A stretch of 63,247 nt of DNA, filler included, from Rhabdomonas costata (Eukaryota): the NCBI GenBank assembly GCA_019059605.1. It is 27 parts of 27 records of this genome, joined end to end, with 100 filler letters (N's around TTAATTAATTAA, not from the genome) between each part and the next. Parts side by side here need not be neighbours in the genome. Positions count along the whole stretch, not along the records: positions 49,280 to 51,525 come from JAHMHO010004567.1; positions 51,626 to 53,872 come from JAHMHO010004568.1; positions 53,973 to 56,218 come from JAHMHO010004569.1; positions 56,319 to 58,558 come from JAHMHO010004570.1; positions 58,659 to 60,903 come from JAHMHO010004571.1; positions 61,004 to 63,247 come from JAHMHO010004572.1; 21 more parts are not named here. One strand, 5' to 3'. Below, piece by piece: positions 49,293 to 61,400 of this stretch. The stretch's first letter is position 1. Each line of letters opens with the position of its first letter. The notes under the pieces are model-generated. The model worked only from the letters and a program-made list of their open reading frames with translations. It made no database searches and was not told where the DNA came from. Both the position numbers and the translations under genes were made by a program.

Positions 49293-50389
49293 CGGAAAGG
49301 CTGTGGTGTTCAGGAAACTGGGTAAGTTGGCCGTTCCGGGCAAGGCCGAGGTGGTGACGGTGTACGAGCCGCTGCTGATGCTGGAGGGGTCGGGGGAGGC
49401 TGTGGCTGGTCCCCCCTCCCTACCGGACAGCATGCTTTCCTTTCGCCTTGCCACATCGGCAGTGGAGGCTTCCGTCCCAGGTCTGAAGGAGCTATACGAT
49501 TGTCGCTTATCTTGCTTGTCTCCTTTCCGCAGCCCCGATGTCATCTCTTCCTGTGATTTTGGATGCCTTCACCGATGGTCGGGAGTGGTCTTCGTATGAC
49601 CGCCGTGTAGCAGCTTTTGGTGGAATACCAACATTCCTCAGTTGCTCCACTCGTGTTTGTCTCTTTATGTGAGGGTTAGATTTTGCCGTGTGTATGTGTC
49701 CATGTGATGTTTTCTCGTGGTCCCAGGGGCCGCAGGGGTCAATCTTGGCTCAGCGGTTCTTCCGGAGCAGCCGTGCAGCCCGGAGCTCAACTCCACTCCA
49801 CCATGTACCCTGCTGCACTGGGAGTTGGTACCCACCGAGATTGTGCTGACAATGAGACGGGCCTACGAGCAGGTTCGGTTCTCTCTCTTCCCCTGTCGGC
49901 AGACAACTTTTAACCGGCGTTATGCTTGAAACCCTTGGGGTTCTCTTGTGTCTCTAACTATTGTTGAGGTCCATTTTTTTGTCCATCGATGTCCGCGTGA
50001 CGTTTTCTCGCTTCCCATGCATGTTTGTCTCTATATAAGCAAAGAAATTTCGTTGGTGTCTTTATTCGCAGCCTGGCCTTCAGACCCGCTTCGTTCATCG
50101 TGAAAATGATCTATTTTTTGCCGTATAGCAACGGAGCAGCTGGTGTCCCCCCACATTCGCACACACACACACACACACACGATCCCTGACGAACGAGGAT
50201 ACGTTTCCGCAGGGGCTCTCGCTGTTCCTGGAGGGCAGGCTGGAAGCCGCGAGGACGTTCTTCACAGAGGCCTGCCGGCTGGTGCCCTCGGACGGTCCCT
50301 CGCGAGTGCTTCTGGAGCACTGCAGCCCAGGCCCAGGCACGGAGGGCCCGCGGACGCGGGACGGAGTTCTTCGTGTCCTCAGCAAGTAA
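49293..50389 (+). CDS. C-terminus of a class III adenylate/guanylate cyclase with a bacterial-type helical tail; exons 49293-49480, 49727-49872, 50213-50389
   Basis: FRKLGKLAVPGKAEVVTVYE (compare VKGKxxPVxVYE), then YEQ|GLSLFLEGRLEAARTFF...PSDGPSRVLLEHC...RDGVLRVLSK* (compare DGPSxxxxxRC...WDGVxxxxxK*). Confidence 0.8.
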
Positions 50390-51819
50390 GGGCGAACGTT
50401 ATTCCGCAAGTGTGGCTAATAGGAACGTGGGTTTGCTACCTTTCGGTGGGATCTATTTTTCGAACCGAGTCAGTCTTCGCCGAGCGCAGGCGGTTTGCCG
50501 TATTCTTCCAAAAAGCATTACGCCCCTTCTCGTGGGCGTGTCTCCTTACAGGTCTACGTACTTGTGGTGTTTCTTCTCCACTGTCCGTGTGATTTTTCTG
50601 AACTTTTTTCTCACGTGTGGGTGCCCTCTCCACTTTCTTGGCAGAGGGTTCACTCTCGTATGTGCTGGCAGCAGGCTGCTTGCCCCAAATAATTCATCCT
50701 TGAACCCTTGAACCCTTCGCTCAAGCCACTGGTTTTCCCTCGTTTCCCACCAAAATGCTTTTGATTTTCAATGCTTTCGATTTGCAGCGTGCGCTTAAAG
50801 TGCAATGTTTAATCACGTGCCTTTCACCTCAAGATTCCCGGACCCCACCTCAGACTTGCACGCTTCCTGTGCCTCTGGACGGTACTAGGCAGGGCAAAGG
50901 TGGAGAGCGCAGCACCCTTTCGTGCCCCCTTGCCGAACTGGAGATGTCTGCGGGTTGGGAGATATCTGAACGGGAGTAAGGAACATGTGGGAATGGTCTC
51001 GGCTGCTTTCACATGCGCTTGCCTCCTCTTCGAAGAGATTCAAAGGGGGGTTTTTTTTGCGGAGTTCCCCACCCTTTTTCAATGTTTGTGTGTGTTTGGC
51101 TGACTGCTCATCCGGTCTGAGGCAATACTGCTCTTTTGAGGAGATTGGGCCCCACGAATGCATATGAGTGGGGAGCCGTGGATATTTGGTATTACATGGT
51201 TGTCACAGAACGGAGCTCAGCGGAGTGCGGTAGGTGGTGGTTATTTGGTATTCGCGGAGTGATGGGACGAGCGTAGCGAGGGCCATCACGCAGTAGTATC
51301 TTCAACATTTAGGAGCATACGACACCCAGTGGAGTATGGATCTTGTAAACGGGACCCCTCAGCAGAAAATCTCTACTTCCATCGGGCTTCTGCAACCATC
51401 ACCACATCAGCATCTATCTTGACCCTCCTCATACTCATCATGCTTTGGCATTTCTACCATCAGCGCTTCTTTTAAGCTTTTACCAGGGGTCCATATTTCA
51501 TGGGCTATTTCTCCCCCCAACCCCCNNNNNNNNNNNNNNNNNNNNNNNNNNNNNNNNNNNNNNNNNNNNTTAATTAATTAANNNNNNNNNNNNNNNNNNN
51601 NNNNNNNNNNNNNNNNNNNNNNNNNCTCTGGAATCCACGCCTTCCCTCGCTGCACTCTTCCTTGCTTGCATCCTTCGCTTCCCTTCTCTCTCATGACATT
51701 GCCTCTCTTTTTCTCATCTGGACTGCTCCATCCTTCTCTAGCCACACCCACATGACTTCTCTCTCTTGTCTCACCTACGTGATCTGGGCCGTGACAGTTG
51801 CCGGTGACCAACTGACGTC

Positions 51820-53820
51820 TCACTGTTTTGGCACCATCGGCTTCAAAGAGTACACCAAGCGGCCGGAACCTGGGTGCCGGCGGTACGCCAGGAACAGCTT
51901 CCTCTTGAAGCCCAAGGAGGAAGGGATCCACCCTCCTGTGGTCTCCCCTACCACCGGGGCGGAGCGCACGCCGTCCCTGTGGCATCGGACAAGGTACTGC
52001 TCGTCCTTCTTTCGCCCTGAGATGGAAGCCACTGCCCGCAGTCCTTACCAGAGTCCGCCTGCAGCGGCAGGGGTTGCACCACGGATGCGTCCACGGCCCG
52101 GTCCACCACGCGGTCAAACCCGAGGATGAGAAAGTCCACTGGCAGCTGCCTGGACTGATCAACGTCTTGTTCCAGAAAGCCGGTGAAGCCCGCCGCTTCG
52201 GCAACGTGCACCATGGCGTCCACCGGGTCCGTGTGTCGCGAGTACCGGCCCAGTGCTGCGCAGCACAGCACGTGGTCCCAGTGGGTGTGTCCATGGGTGC
52301 CGCAGGCTGGGCATAGGGCAGCTTTCTCGATGGAAGAGCAGCCGGAAATACGTCAGGCTAAGAGGAGGCCGAGGACGGTTTGTGGTGCGCTAAGCCATGC
52401 CGTGTGCGGATGGGCCTGACAGAGCTTGCGGAACTGCTTGCGTGGCGTAGCTTGGGTGTCACAGAGACAAAGGCGGTTTTGGGACAACAGGCTGCTCCAT
52501 GTCGACTGCAGCAGCAATGGGGCGCGTTCTTTGGGCCCAAGTGGTGGAAGAAATCCAGCCACCAGCCACTGGCGGAGGGTGTCAGAGGAGTCCCCGAGCT
52601 GAGCTTGAACGTGTCGGGCAGCGTCTCCGAACCCACAGGGGAATGTGAGTGCACGGTCACACCCCACTGTCGATGCCTCATAAGCAAAACACACAGCACG
52701 AGAGAGAAAGGCCACAGGAGACATCAAAAGAGTGTCACTGATGCCAAGCCCGCCACGAGAAAGTGAGGTGCAGGCTTGAGACAACTGACCATCCGATATT
52801 TGACACCCGATACATTTGCACAGCGCGTTGCGAACTAAGGATGAGTAAGTGCGCAAAGCGGGCTCAAGCATGGCAAAAGTGATTGTACGTGCCGCATAGG
52901 AAATTTTGCACGCACCCAGGAGGTTTTCGGACAGTCTAGTGCCGATCAAAGCCGATTAAAGAAACCCTCCAACCCGGCTAATTTCTTTGTGCAGAAGTGG
53001 GTGGAACGACATAAGACCCAGAACCATGATGCCCTGTGTGAGACCTTCAGAGAGACGGTGCAATAAAGAGCCATCTGGAAAGAGAGAGGAATACCACCAA
53101 ACACGTGACTTGGACCAATTCAGTGAAAGGCCGTGGTGTGAAAGAACGGGGAGGAGGGAGGAGAGGCTTGGGAGAGTTTATTTGGTGTTCTCATCAGGTA
53201 GCCGTCATCAATGAACCACACACCACCGTGCAAAAAATTAGCAGTTTCCACCACAGGGATGGTGCTCACAGAAAAGAGTGAAGGCCCAGCGGGTCTCATT
53301 GGTGCACACCTTGATAAGAAGAGATCAACACGGAACACGTGTACAGAGGTGTGTTGGGGCAGTAACACCAATTGGCACAAGTGTCCAAAGCAGGTGCGCG
53401 TTTGCGAAGCTCATGGGGTAACATCGAGCCTGAAGATGTGAAAGCATTGGAGAAGTCGAGTTGTACAAAACACAGACTTCCCGGGTTGTTCGAACTTCGC
53501 TCACGCACCGCGTGCACAATCAGCTCACACGCAATGGGTATACCCACACCCACTTGCCTTGGAGCTAGTATGGAAGTCAGAAAAGTTGTGTGGTCTGCAA
53601 ATAAATCCCTTCCAACCAGCAGCCTCAGGGTCTCGCCCGCTGCAAATGAGATCCATCCATCAGCCTTCCACAATTCGGTAAGGCGAGCGCACGCAAAAAA
53701 TGGAGCAAAGCATGCAGGAGCCATACCATTAGCGAAAGTATTTACAACCAGTGTAATAGATCTCAGGATGACTTGCTGCACTTGCTATGGACCGCAAGTC
53801 AGCATCTCGCGCAGATAGGT
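51820..53820 (-). mobile_element. Degenerate non-LTR retrotransposon of the CRE-like RLE group: RT, zinc knuckle and restriction-like endonuclease
   Basis: GETLRLLV, QVGVG, QLDFSNAF, QGVHQ*DPLGPSLF, WFIDDG, RGGLGI, AWL, CPACG...DHVLCC...SRH, LPVDFLI...AVDASVV, KKDEQY...C...P...ETTGGW. The sequence has stops and frameshifts. Confidence 0.9.
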
Positions 53821-56325
53821 TTGGCGGAACCCTTATGGGCAAACATAGGAGCCGTGGGCAAAGGAGAGGGCCNNNNNNNNNNNNNNNNNNNNNNNNNNNN
53901 NNNNNNNNNNNNNNNNTTAATTAATTAANNNNNNNNNNNNNNNNNNNNNNNNNNNNNNNNNNNNNNNNNNNNTTGTTTTTGTTATGGTACAACCCAATAA
54001 TAAACCCACCGCACTTCTCAGCCTGTCCCTCAACTGCCGCCTACCAGCGTCCGTACTAGACACTTGGCCCTTGAGGTGCCCTTGGAGGAAAGGTCATGAG
54101 GAGAGAGGTCCGGTGGCCAACGTGGCCAAGGAACGGAAGCTCTCTTCCTCAGGGCCTATGAAGAAGACAGTACCCCACGTGTAGTGTGCTGACCCCACAT
54201 TGTTGAAACCAGACCAGCGGTTGCGGGACATGCAAGCGCTAGAGCTCCGGGACCGTCCCATTTAAGAAACAGAGGTGGTATGAGGGTGAGGCCGAAGCAG
54301 GCCCGGTCTTTTTCTCCCGAAACGTCGGTCCTTGGTCGGTCGTTGCACCCTCGGGCTGGGGCTGAAATTCGACCGTCCTCCCCCGGAAACCACTCTGGTT
54401 CACGTTCCTGATCGGTTCACGTTGGTAAACCACCTGGCTGACGTCTGTGAACCATCTGGTTGACGCTGGCGAACCAAAATGTCTGGGGGCCAAAGGGCGA
54501 GAGTGCCCTTAACGAGCACGCTCGATAAATGATAAACCACAGCAAGAAGGGGGGTGCAGAGGGTGGGAAAAGAGCCCCTAGAGTGCCAGCCTTTAGGAAA
54601 AACATTTCTCTTCGCTAAAAAAGGGCGGCTTCGCCATTTGCCCAACAGACATCTACAAAGCGCAGCCGATTGGCCTTATCTGCCCTTTTCAACTTTTGGG
54701 TTAGCTGAAGGTTTGTATGTAACCACTAGGTGGACGGTGGTTAGTGACGCTCCCATGGAGTTGATCGGCGAGTATTGCTTCACAAGCCCTGCTTTCCCCA
54801 GTGACTCATTTGGTGTGGTCATATTCTGCTGCATCGATCTTAGCCGGTGGGTGAATGGCACACTCTTTCTGGTGGCTCATGCATCACTCCTCCACTACCA
54901 TCACTACCACCCCAGTTACGAGGGGAATACGGTACTACCGTGTGGGTTAGCTGAGCTCGTGGGTAAATCTAGTTCCATCTGTTCCATCCGCAGTTCCATC
55001 TGTAGTGGTGCATGCTCCAGTGGGTATCACCGCTCTGACCAAAATCACTACAGCCACTACTGCCACACGTGGGTTTATTATTGGGTTGTACCATAGCAAA
55101 AACATCAATCCACATCATAAGAAACCAGACACCAGCAGCCAGCACACGCCCGAGACATAGCAACTCACAGACTCAGAACCCACGCAACCACAAACCGAAG
55201 CATCAAATACCCCCACACACGCTCGACACCAAAAGCTAAATCACCGGACACCACTCCACCCACCACAGCAGGGGGGGGGGGCGGCGAAAAGTGCAAAAGC
55301 ATATTTTAGCATACTTTTTTTTAATGAAAAAAGGGATAAACGCTTTCTTCCTGACCTCCTGACCTCTTCAACCTTCTCTGCTTGCTTGGCCGTTGTCTGG
55401 TTGAGAGTGTCTTGTGTTTTAGTTTTTGGTGGTCAAGAAGCGTGTTTCTGGTTCACTGGACTTTTGCTTCGCGCACTGTACCAGCACTACCGCTCGTGTG
55501 GACGCAAGCCAAAGGGTTGTACAGAGGTGAGGGTGATGCCTGTGAAGGCTCCGCTTTGCTCTGCTCCCCGTCAAGCAAGTGGATACTTTCGGGACAAACA
55601 TGCTGGGTCACACCTAGCCCCTAACTCTGTATGTATGTGCAGATAGTTGGCGTGCTCGGCTATGAGACTCTCACTACGTACCCCACCACCACCACCACCA
55701 CTACCACTCCATGACGTGTATGCCATTTCGTTAAGATTTTGAAAAAGAAAAAACATCCTTGGACATGAACAACATTCAACACTGTCGCACATTGTGAGTG
55801 ATCAATATTTTGCTCCATTTTTTCGATGGTGCTTAGTCTTTTCGGGCTTTGGCATTCGTCCTTCCTTTCCCTATGTTTTCGGTTTCCTCAGGTAAATCGA
55901 TTAAAAACGACCGGAAGCTGTCAAGTCTCATCGAGCGACGTTTGGCCGAGGACGAGGTTGACTTTCTGCCTTTATTTTAGTTTGCGTGATGCTGGAGTTA
56001 CAGTTAATTTCTTTTTGCCTCTTTTTCAGCAATTCACCCTCATGTGCAGCCCGTCTGTGCAGGCCTCGCCAGCTTCCGAGGCAGAAGTGCCCAGTGGCTT
56101 GAGCCTTGGCTCGGGTTGCTCCCCTGCTGAAGCGACTCCCGGGGCGAAAGCAACGCCAACACCAGTTTCGCAGCTTCACACCTACACCCTACTTGTCTTG
56201 TGCCTGAACCACAAAACANNNNNNNNNNNNNNNNNNNNNNNNNNNNNNNNNNNNNNNNNNNNTTAATTAATTAANNNNNNNNNNNNNNNNNNNNNNNNNN
56301 NNNNNNNNNNNNNNNNNNTTTTTTG

Positions 56326-56693
56326 ATGTTCATGGCCTCTTTTGGTATTCTGAAAATTCCCACTGTGTGTCCTTTGTGTGGTTCTGCTGTGGCTGTCAAT
56401 ACCCATGGAGGCAGAGAGAATCTGCCCTGTGTGGACTCTGGCTGTGCTAAGTGGGTAACTGTCACATCCGGAACTGTGTTGGAGACATTCTAAATTCCAT
56501 TGAAGAAGCGTTTTCAGATAGTGTTTCTCTGGGCGGTGAGGTCCTCATTTAGCTCTGTTGTTGCAGTTTCCGGTTGTTGAAAACATACAGTGGCAAAGGT
56601 TTTCCTGTTGTTAATGGAGTAAGAAATGCTGTGATTGATATGGCTGTATTATGTGATGTCATGGGTCAGTGGTTGATGTTGATGAGACCGAGT
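56326..56693 (+). mobile_element. Degenerate Merlin / IS1595(ISXO2)-like DDE transposase N-terminal fragment
   Basis: Zinc ribbon VCPLCG...LPCVDSGC, then SGTVLETF*IPL...FLW (GTxFExSKL-like), an HTH-like segment, and after a frameshift GSVVDVDET (VEIDET, first catalytic Asp). The rest of the DDE domain is absent. Confidence 0.7.
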
Positions 56694-58901
56694 GAGAGAG
56701 AGCAGATTTTAGCTCTTCTTGGGTTGTATTCTGAGTACAAGACTATTGACGCTCTAAACAGTCTTTCGTGCTATACTTTGTTGCCGCCTGCTACTCCTAC
56801 TGGCTTACACTTTGAAACTAGTTGCTAAATAAATCAAAAACATTTGAAACAAAACAAAAACTGAACACAAAAAGTCGGTGGTAATGACAAAAAAGAAATT
56901 CAATACTGCTGAGGCCGGCAGGTTGCACCAAACCTCTTTAACCAGGTGAGATGATATGGCTCGGTTTCCCGAACCTCGTGCTGTTTCAAGGCCGGTTTAC
57001 TGATACTTACTTTACAAAATACTTCACTGTTTTTGGTATAAATTTATTTCAAAATCCCTCTCTTTCCCAATCCCAAAACAAAAGCAATAGAGTGAAACAA
57101 AAACACAGGACAGTGTAAGGTTTCCACTTCGTAGTTAGCAAAAGACGGAAAATTGAGAGAATGGAGAAAAGCGTGTAAATCTTGGAAAATTAAAGCAAAT
57201 ATGCATGAGAAGAATGGGAAATTTTTACAACAATTCATTGGCCTAAGTTTTCTGGTCAAATCCGGTAGTTTTTCGGAGATGGGAGATTTGGTCTATTAAA
57301 ATGTGGTTTCCAATTAGTTTTGATCTAATGAGGTAGCAAATTCCAAAACAAGACTGTATGGTTAAGTGATCAAAATGTGCGCGGCGGAAAAGCAGTACCA
57401 AAGGACACCAAAAGTAGGAATAAAAGCACGAAAAGACAACGGGTGGTTGCAAGGAAAAAACTGTGGTAATGGTCAATGGTGGAATGTCCAGAAATAAAAT
57501 TCTGTTATGTTAAAATGGGGATAAAATTATGTGTTGTTGGATGTACGTGTTTCAGGGAAAGGGTGAACCTTGGCCGGGGAGATGAATCTGTTCCTGACTT
57601 AGGAGGACCGTTATAAATGACTTGCATCTAGACATCGGCTTCGCTTCTTCGCTTACCTGGGTCGCTGCTGTGCTGCTTTCCTGTAGCGTAGCATTTTGAT
57701 AATGGGGGCCGCGGAACCACTTGCATTTACCAAGCCGTGTTGGAATCTGGAAACATTTTGGTGAAAAGATTCTGCAAAAGATAAGGTGGAAAAAATTTGG
57801 ATCTGGAATGATTCATCAAACTCAGGTGGGTCAAATGTTTGCGGGTCTTGCCGATTATGGATAACCCATTTCCCAAAGAAAAAAGGGGGATGTGGAAGCG
57901 TCCACAGACTGCTCACTCACACTGGCCTAGTAACCTCTGCCTGTGGTCTCCGGTCTCCGCTCGGCTCGTCTCTGGCTTGCGGCTGCGCTGTTCTTTTTAG
58001 ACACCGCTGTCAAAACAGGAGTGTAAATCAGAAGAAACTGTAAAACACCCTTAAAAAAGCAACAACACCACAACTTTTTGATTACTTGTACCTAACGTGA
58101 TTTCAGAATTCTTGACAAAAAGTGCACCGAACTCCGCCTGCCTCCGCTGAGACATTGTCTCTGAAAATCCTCTATATATAGGCCCTCTCGTCTCATTCAC
58201 CTGCGAAACCTCTGAAAAACACTGCTTGTACATCCTTCTTTCTATGAAAAACTACAAAAACACCCCACATTGAATCACGCCAAAAGTCTCTAACATAGCC
58301 CTACTCTGCTCTGCTTTATTGCTCAGCTGTTTTCAAGTAGCGAGAGGCTAAGATTTGACTTCCGTCTCCACTCACTTTGTCGTCCATCTGTAATCTCTGT
58401 AATGATGCGTTATATCTGCATTGTATTTCTTGTAATTGCACTGATCTGAAATCCACTGCACTGCATTTATCCACACTGTGGTACTATCTAACACCACCAA
58501 ACACTTGCTAGTCACCTTCTCCAAATATGCGGAATAATTTTCAAAGGAATACACACAANNNNNNNNNNNNNNNNNNNNNNNNNNNNNNNNNNNNNNNNNN
58601 NNTTAATTAATTAANNNNNNNNNNNNNNNNNNNNNNNNNNNNNNNNNNNNNNNNNNNNTTTTGGTGGTGCTCGGTTGCTCGGTTGCAGCTGTTTGCTTTT
58701 CTGGAAATCGCGCGGCATCATCTCGGTGTCAACTGCACCATTGTGCGCCTCAGGCGTCTCTCTCAGTGTGTTTATGTGAGTGCGTTGTACTTGTTGCACC
58801 TGTGGTTCATGGGTTTCCGTTCCTCGTGGTCCTAGTAGAGGTTACGTGGGCCGCACCGACCACCACCTCAATCCTCCGCGTCCATCCCCGTCTTCTTTCC
58901 G

Positions 58902-60414
58902 ATGTCGTACCGCGGGGTGGCACGGATGGGGGTGAGCCTGGTGATGGTTCTGATGCTGGCCTGGCTGGCCCATACCCTGTACCCAGGGCTGCTGCTTGGA
59001 CCCCCATCAGAGGGCGGGCCGCTGGAAGGGATGCTGATGGTGCCCGACCTGGCCGCGGAAACCCGGCTCCCTCCTGACGTCCTTCCTGAGGAGACGCCCC
59101 CAGAGGCAACAGGTGAATGCGTTTGAAAGAGGAAGTTCACCCGACGAAAGCAAGGAGGTAGTCAGGCTTTCAGGAGATTGTCTCGTTTTCATGAGTTCTA
59201 GTTAAGGAGAAAGCTCGATTTGAAAAGGATCTGTCTCTGGGGAAAGGGGGTCAATAGTTCCATTTCTTTCCCTTGTTCGAAAAGCCGCGGCGGGCTTTCA
59301 CCAAGTATTTTGCACAGCTGCCATCGAATTTTTGGATGCGCGGACAGCACCCCTGCTCACCTCACACTCTGTGGGGGTCAAAGATCTCTCAGAAACGACC
59401 CCAAATGACCAAAACGAGGCGAAACTTTTCGGTCCTGAACGTTCCTACCTTTCTCGGGCAGGTGTGGCGTGGTAAGGCGCATCCTAATTCACTCAACATT
59501 GACCCCTTGGGGGACCACAGGCGGTGAAAATGAGCAAGCGATTCTTCCAGGGACCATTTCAAATCGATTTGTGGTGGATTTTTTAAACCCTGCTTCGTAT
59601 TAGTTGCCTTTTTGGCAGATGGGTGGTACCAGGAAAAGCACCGGCGCGCACTTGCAGTGGAGGTCCAGTCGAAAAAGTAGTGAAAGTGGATTCCCTCGCT
59701 TGACGAGACGAACCTTGCAGTCTTGATGCCTCGTGCACAATTCTTGGATGCGTGAATGTGTGTGTCAGTGTGTCACCGTCTCTTTTGGCTGCAGAGCAGC
59801 GTCCTTCGGCCGCTTCTCCGGACCCCGGGGAGTTCTCGCTGCCACCCGCAGACCCCTCTCCCGCGGCTGCCGTCACCACTGCACTTGGGAAAGGCAAAAG
59901 CCAAAGAGCCTTTACGGGCGCAAAACGGCTGTTTAAGCAAGACTCCTCGATGGGACTGATTAATTAGCAGCTCGTTGCGCAAACTCTCCAGCATGCTCCC
60001 TGGCATCCCCCTGGGAGCTCCGTGTAATGTGAATAACCTGTGTGTTAAACCTACCCCAAAAGAAACGATAGAGCCCCGGCTGCTGATAGAACATTTGCGG
60101 TACTAGGCGATTGCTGTGCATTTTCGAAACTGCCGTGTGGGGGGTTCCACGGTGTGGGCCCGCCGTTTTGGTAAACCCCTCCTTGGCCTATGGCTTTGCC
60201 CTCTTCCGTTGCGAGCAGCGCGGGGGGAGCAGAGGGTGGGGCTCCCGAGCCCACCGCGGGGGGCGAACCTGGGCTGCAGGAAGGCGTGGACGTGGAATCG
60301 CCCGTGCAGGAGGCTGGGCCGGTCGAGTTGCCCTCCTCCTCACAACCCCACAACCACAGCGGGATAGACATTGGGTTGGCTGCCTTGGACAGACTCCTGG
60401 TTTCCCTGAACAAG
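58902..60414 (+). CDS. Hypothetical type II membrane protein (signal anchor plus Pro/Ala/Glu-rich stem); putative exons 58902-59112, 59795-59893, 60233-60414
   Basis: Hydrophobic MGVSLVMVLMLAWLAHTLY and phase-compatible GC-rich exons. The second intron requires a GC donor. Confidence 0.45.
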
Positions 60415-61003
60415 GTTCATTGCAGGCTTGTGGGTGGTCAAATCGTGAAATGGGGAAATAATGCAGTCCGTGCACGGGGATGAAGTCCGGAGACGAACAA
60501 ACAAAGGAGACTCAGACCCTCCTTTTGGTAGTTGTAAGCGGGGTATCGTATGCCTCATTTCTGCCCCTTGCTCTAAACTATTTCCATGGTTGGGTATGTC
60601 CACGTGCTGCGGATGTGGTCGTCTGACGACTGACAGGTTGGTCAGGCTGGATTTTTTGCTCTCTCTCTCTCTCTCTCTCCAACAACTGTGGCATTTTTAT
60701 GTACCTCGGCCATGACAAAGCCGCATCATTTTTGGAAGTTCACGTGCGAAAATGTGGCCGCTGTAGCCAGGTGAGTAGGGACCTAGAGGCCGCCCATAAC
60801 GGTAGCAACGGCAGTGCGGCCATTATGGGCCCAAGAAAGGGGCTGTCATTCCCATTCCAGAGCCCGAGATTTCTTCCGGGTGCAAGCATACACCCCACCC
60901 CCCNNNNNNNNNNNNNNNNNNNNNNNNNNNNNNNNNNNNNNNNNNNNTTAATTAATTAANNNNNNNNNNNNNNNNNNNNNNNNNNNNNNNNNNNNNNNNN
61001 NNN

Positions 61004-61400
61004 CCTTGGTCTCCTTCGGGGGCTCTGCTGAGGGCTTCTCCGCCACCGCGGGGACGGCTGTGGTCTCCACGGGCGGTGGCTTGCAGGGCTCTTCGGAAAT
61101 GGTAACCACCATAGTGGCCTCATCCGGGCGGTGATCTTTCCCAGGGCCATCTGGGGGTGGTGTCGATCCCACAGCTGGGCATGAGGGAAGGGCAGGGGGC
61201 AGTTCGCAGGACTCCTCGGAGTCCTTCTCTCCCTCTGTCGTAGTTGAGAACTGATTGGCGGTGGTCGTGATGGGAATCGCAACCTTCGCATGGGGAAAAT
61301 CAACGGTGCCAACTCCTTTGGGAGACTCAGCGACATCAACAACAGAGAGGTCTGGGGCATGGGGCGCCTCGGCATCACCCCCCGACATTGGGTCGGACAT
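61004..61400 (-). CDS. N-terminal low-complexity (Pro/Glu/Thr-rich) part of a hypothetical protein
   Basis: Open frame MSDPMSGGDAEAP...EPPKETK runs to the contig end, with a short distance from an AACAG acceptor-like site to the ATG. Confidence 0.55.

Noticed and set aside
49066-49480. Apparent continuity of a cyclase across the spacer between two contigs
   Set aside because: Contigs appear ordered by size and joined artificially, so adjacency is not evidence that they are one gene.
23611-53300. In-frame stops at conserved positions (TGA near a Trp site in the ART, TGA for Gly in QG-DP of the RT) suggesting stop-codon reassignment
   Set aside because: They occur only in frameshifted relics, replace different amino acids, and no intact gene here contains an internal stop.
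2292-60959. Regularly spaced identical TTAATTAATTAA repeats, and ORFs ending in X...LIN
   Set aside because: Synthetic linker; not a CRISPR array and not protein sequence.
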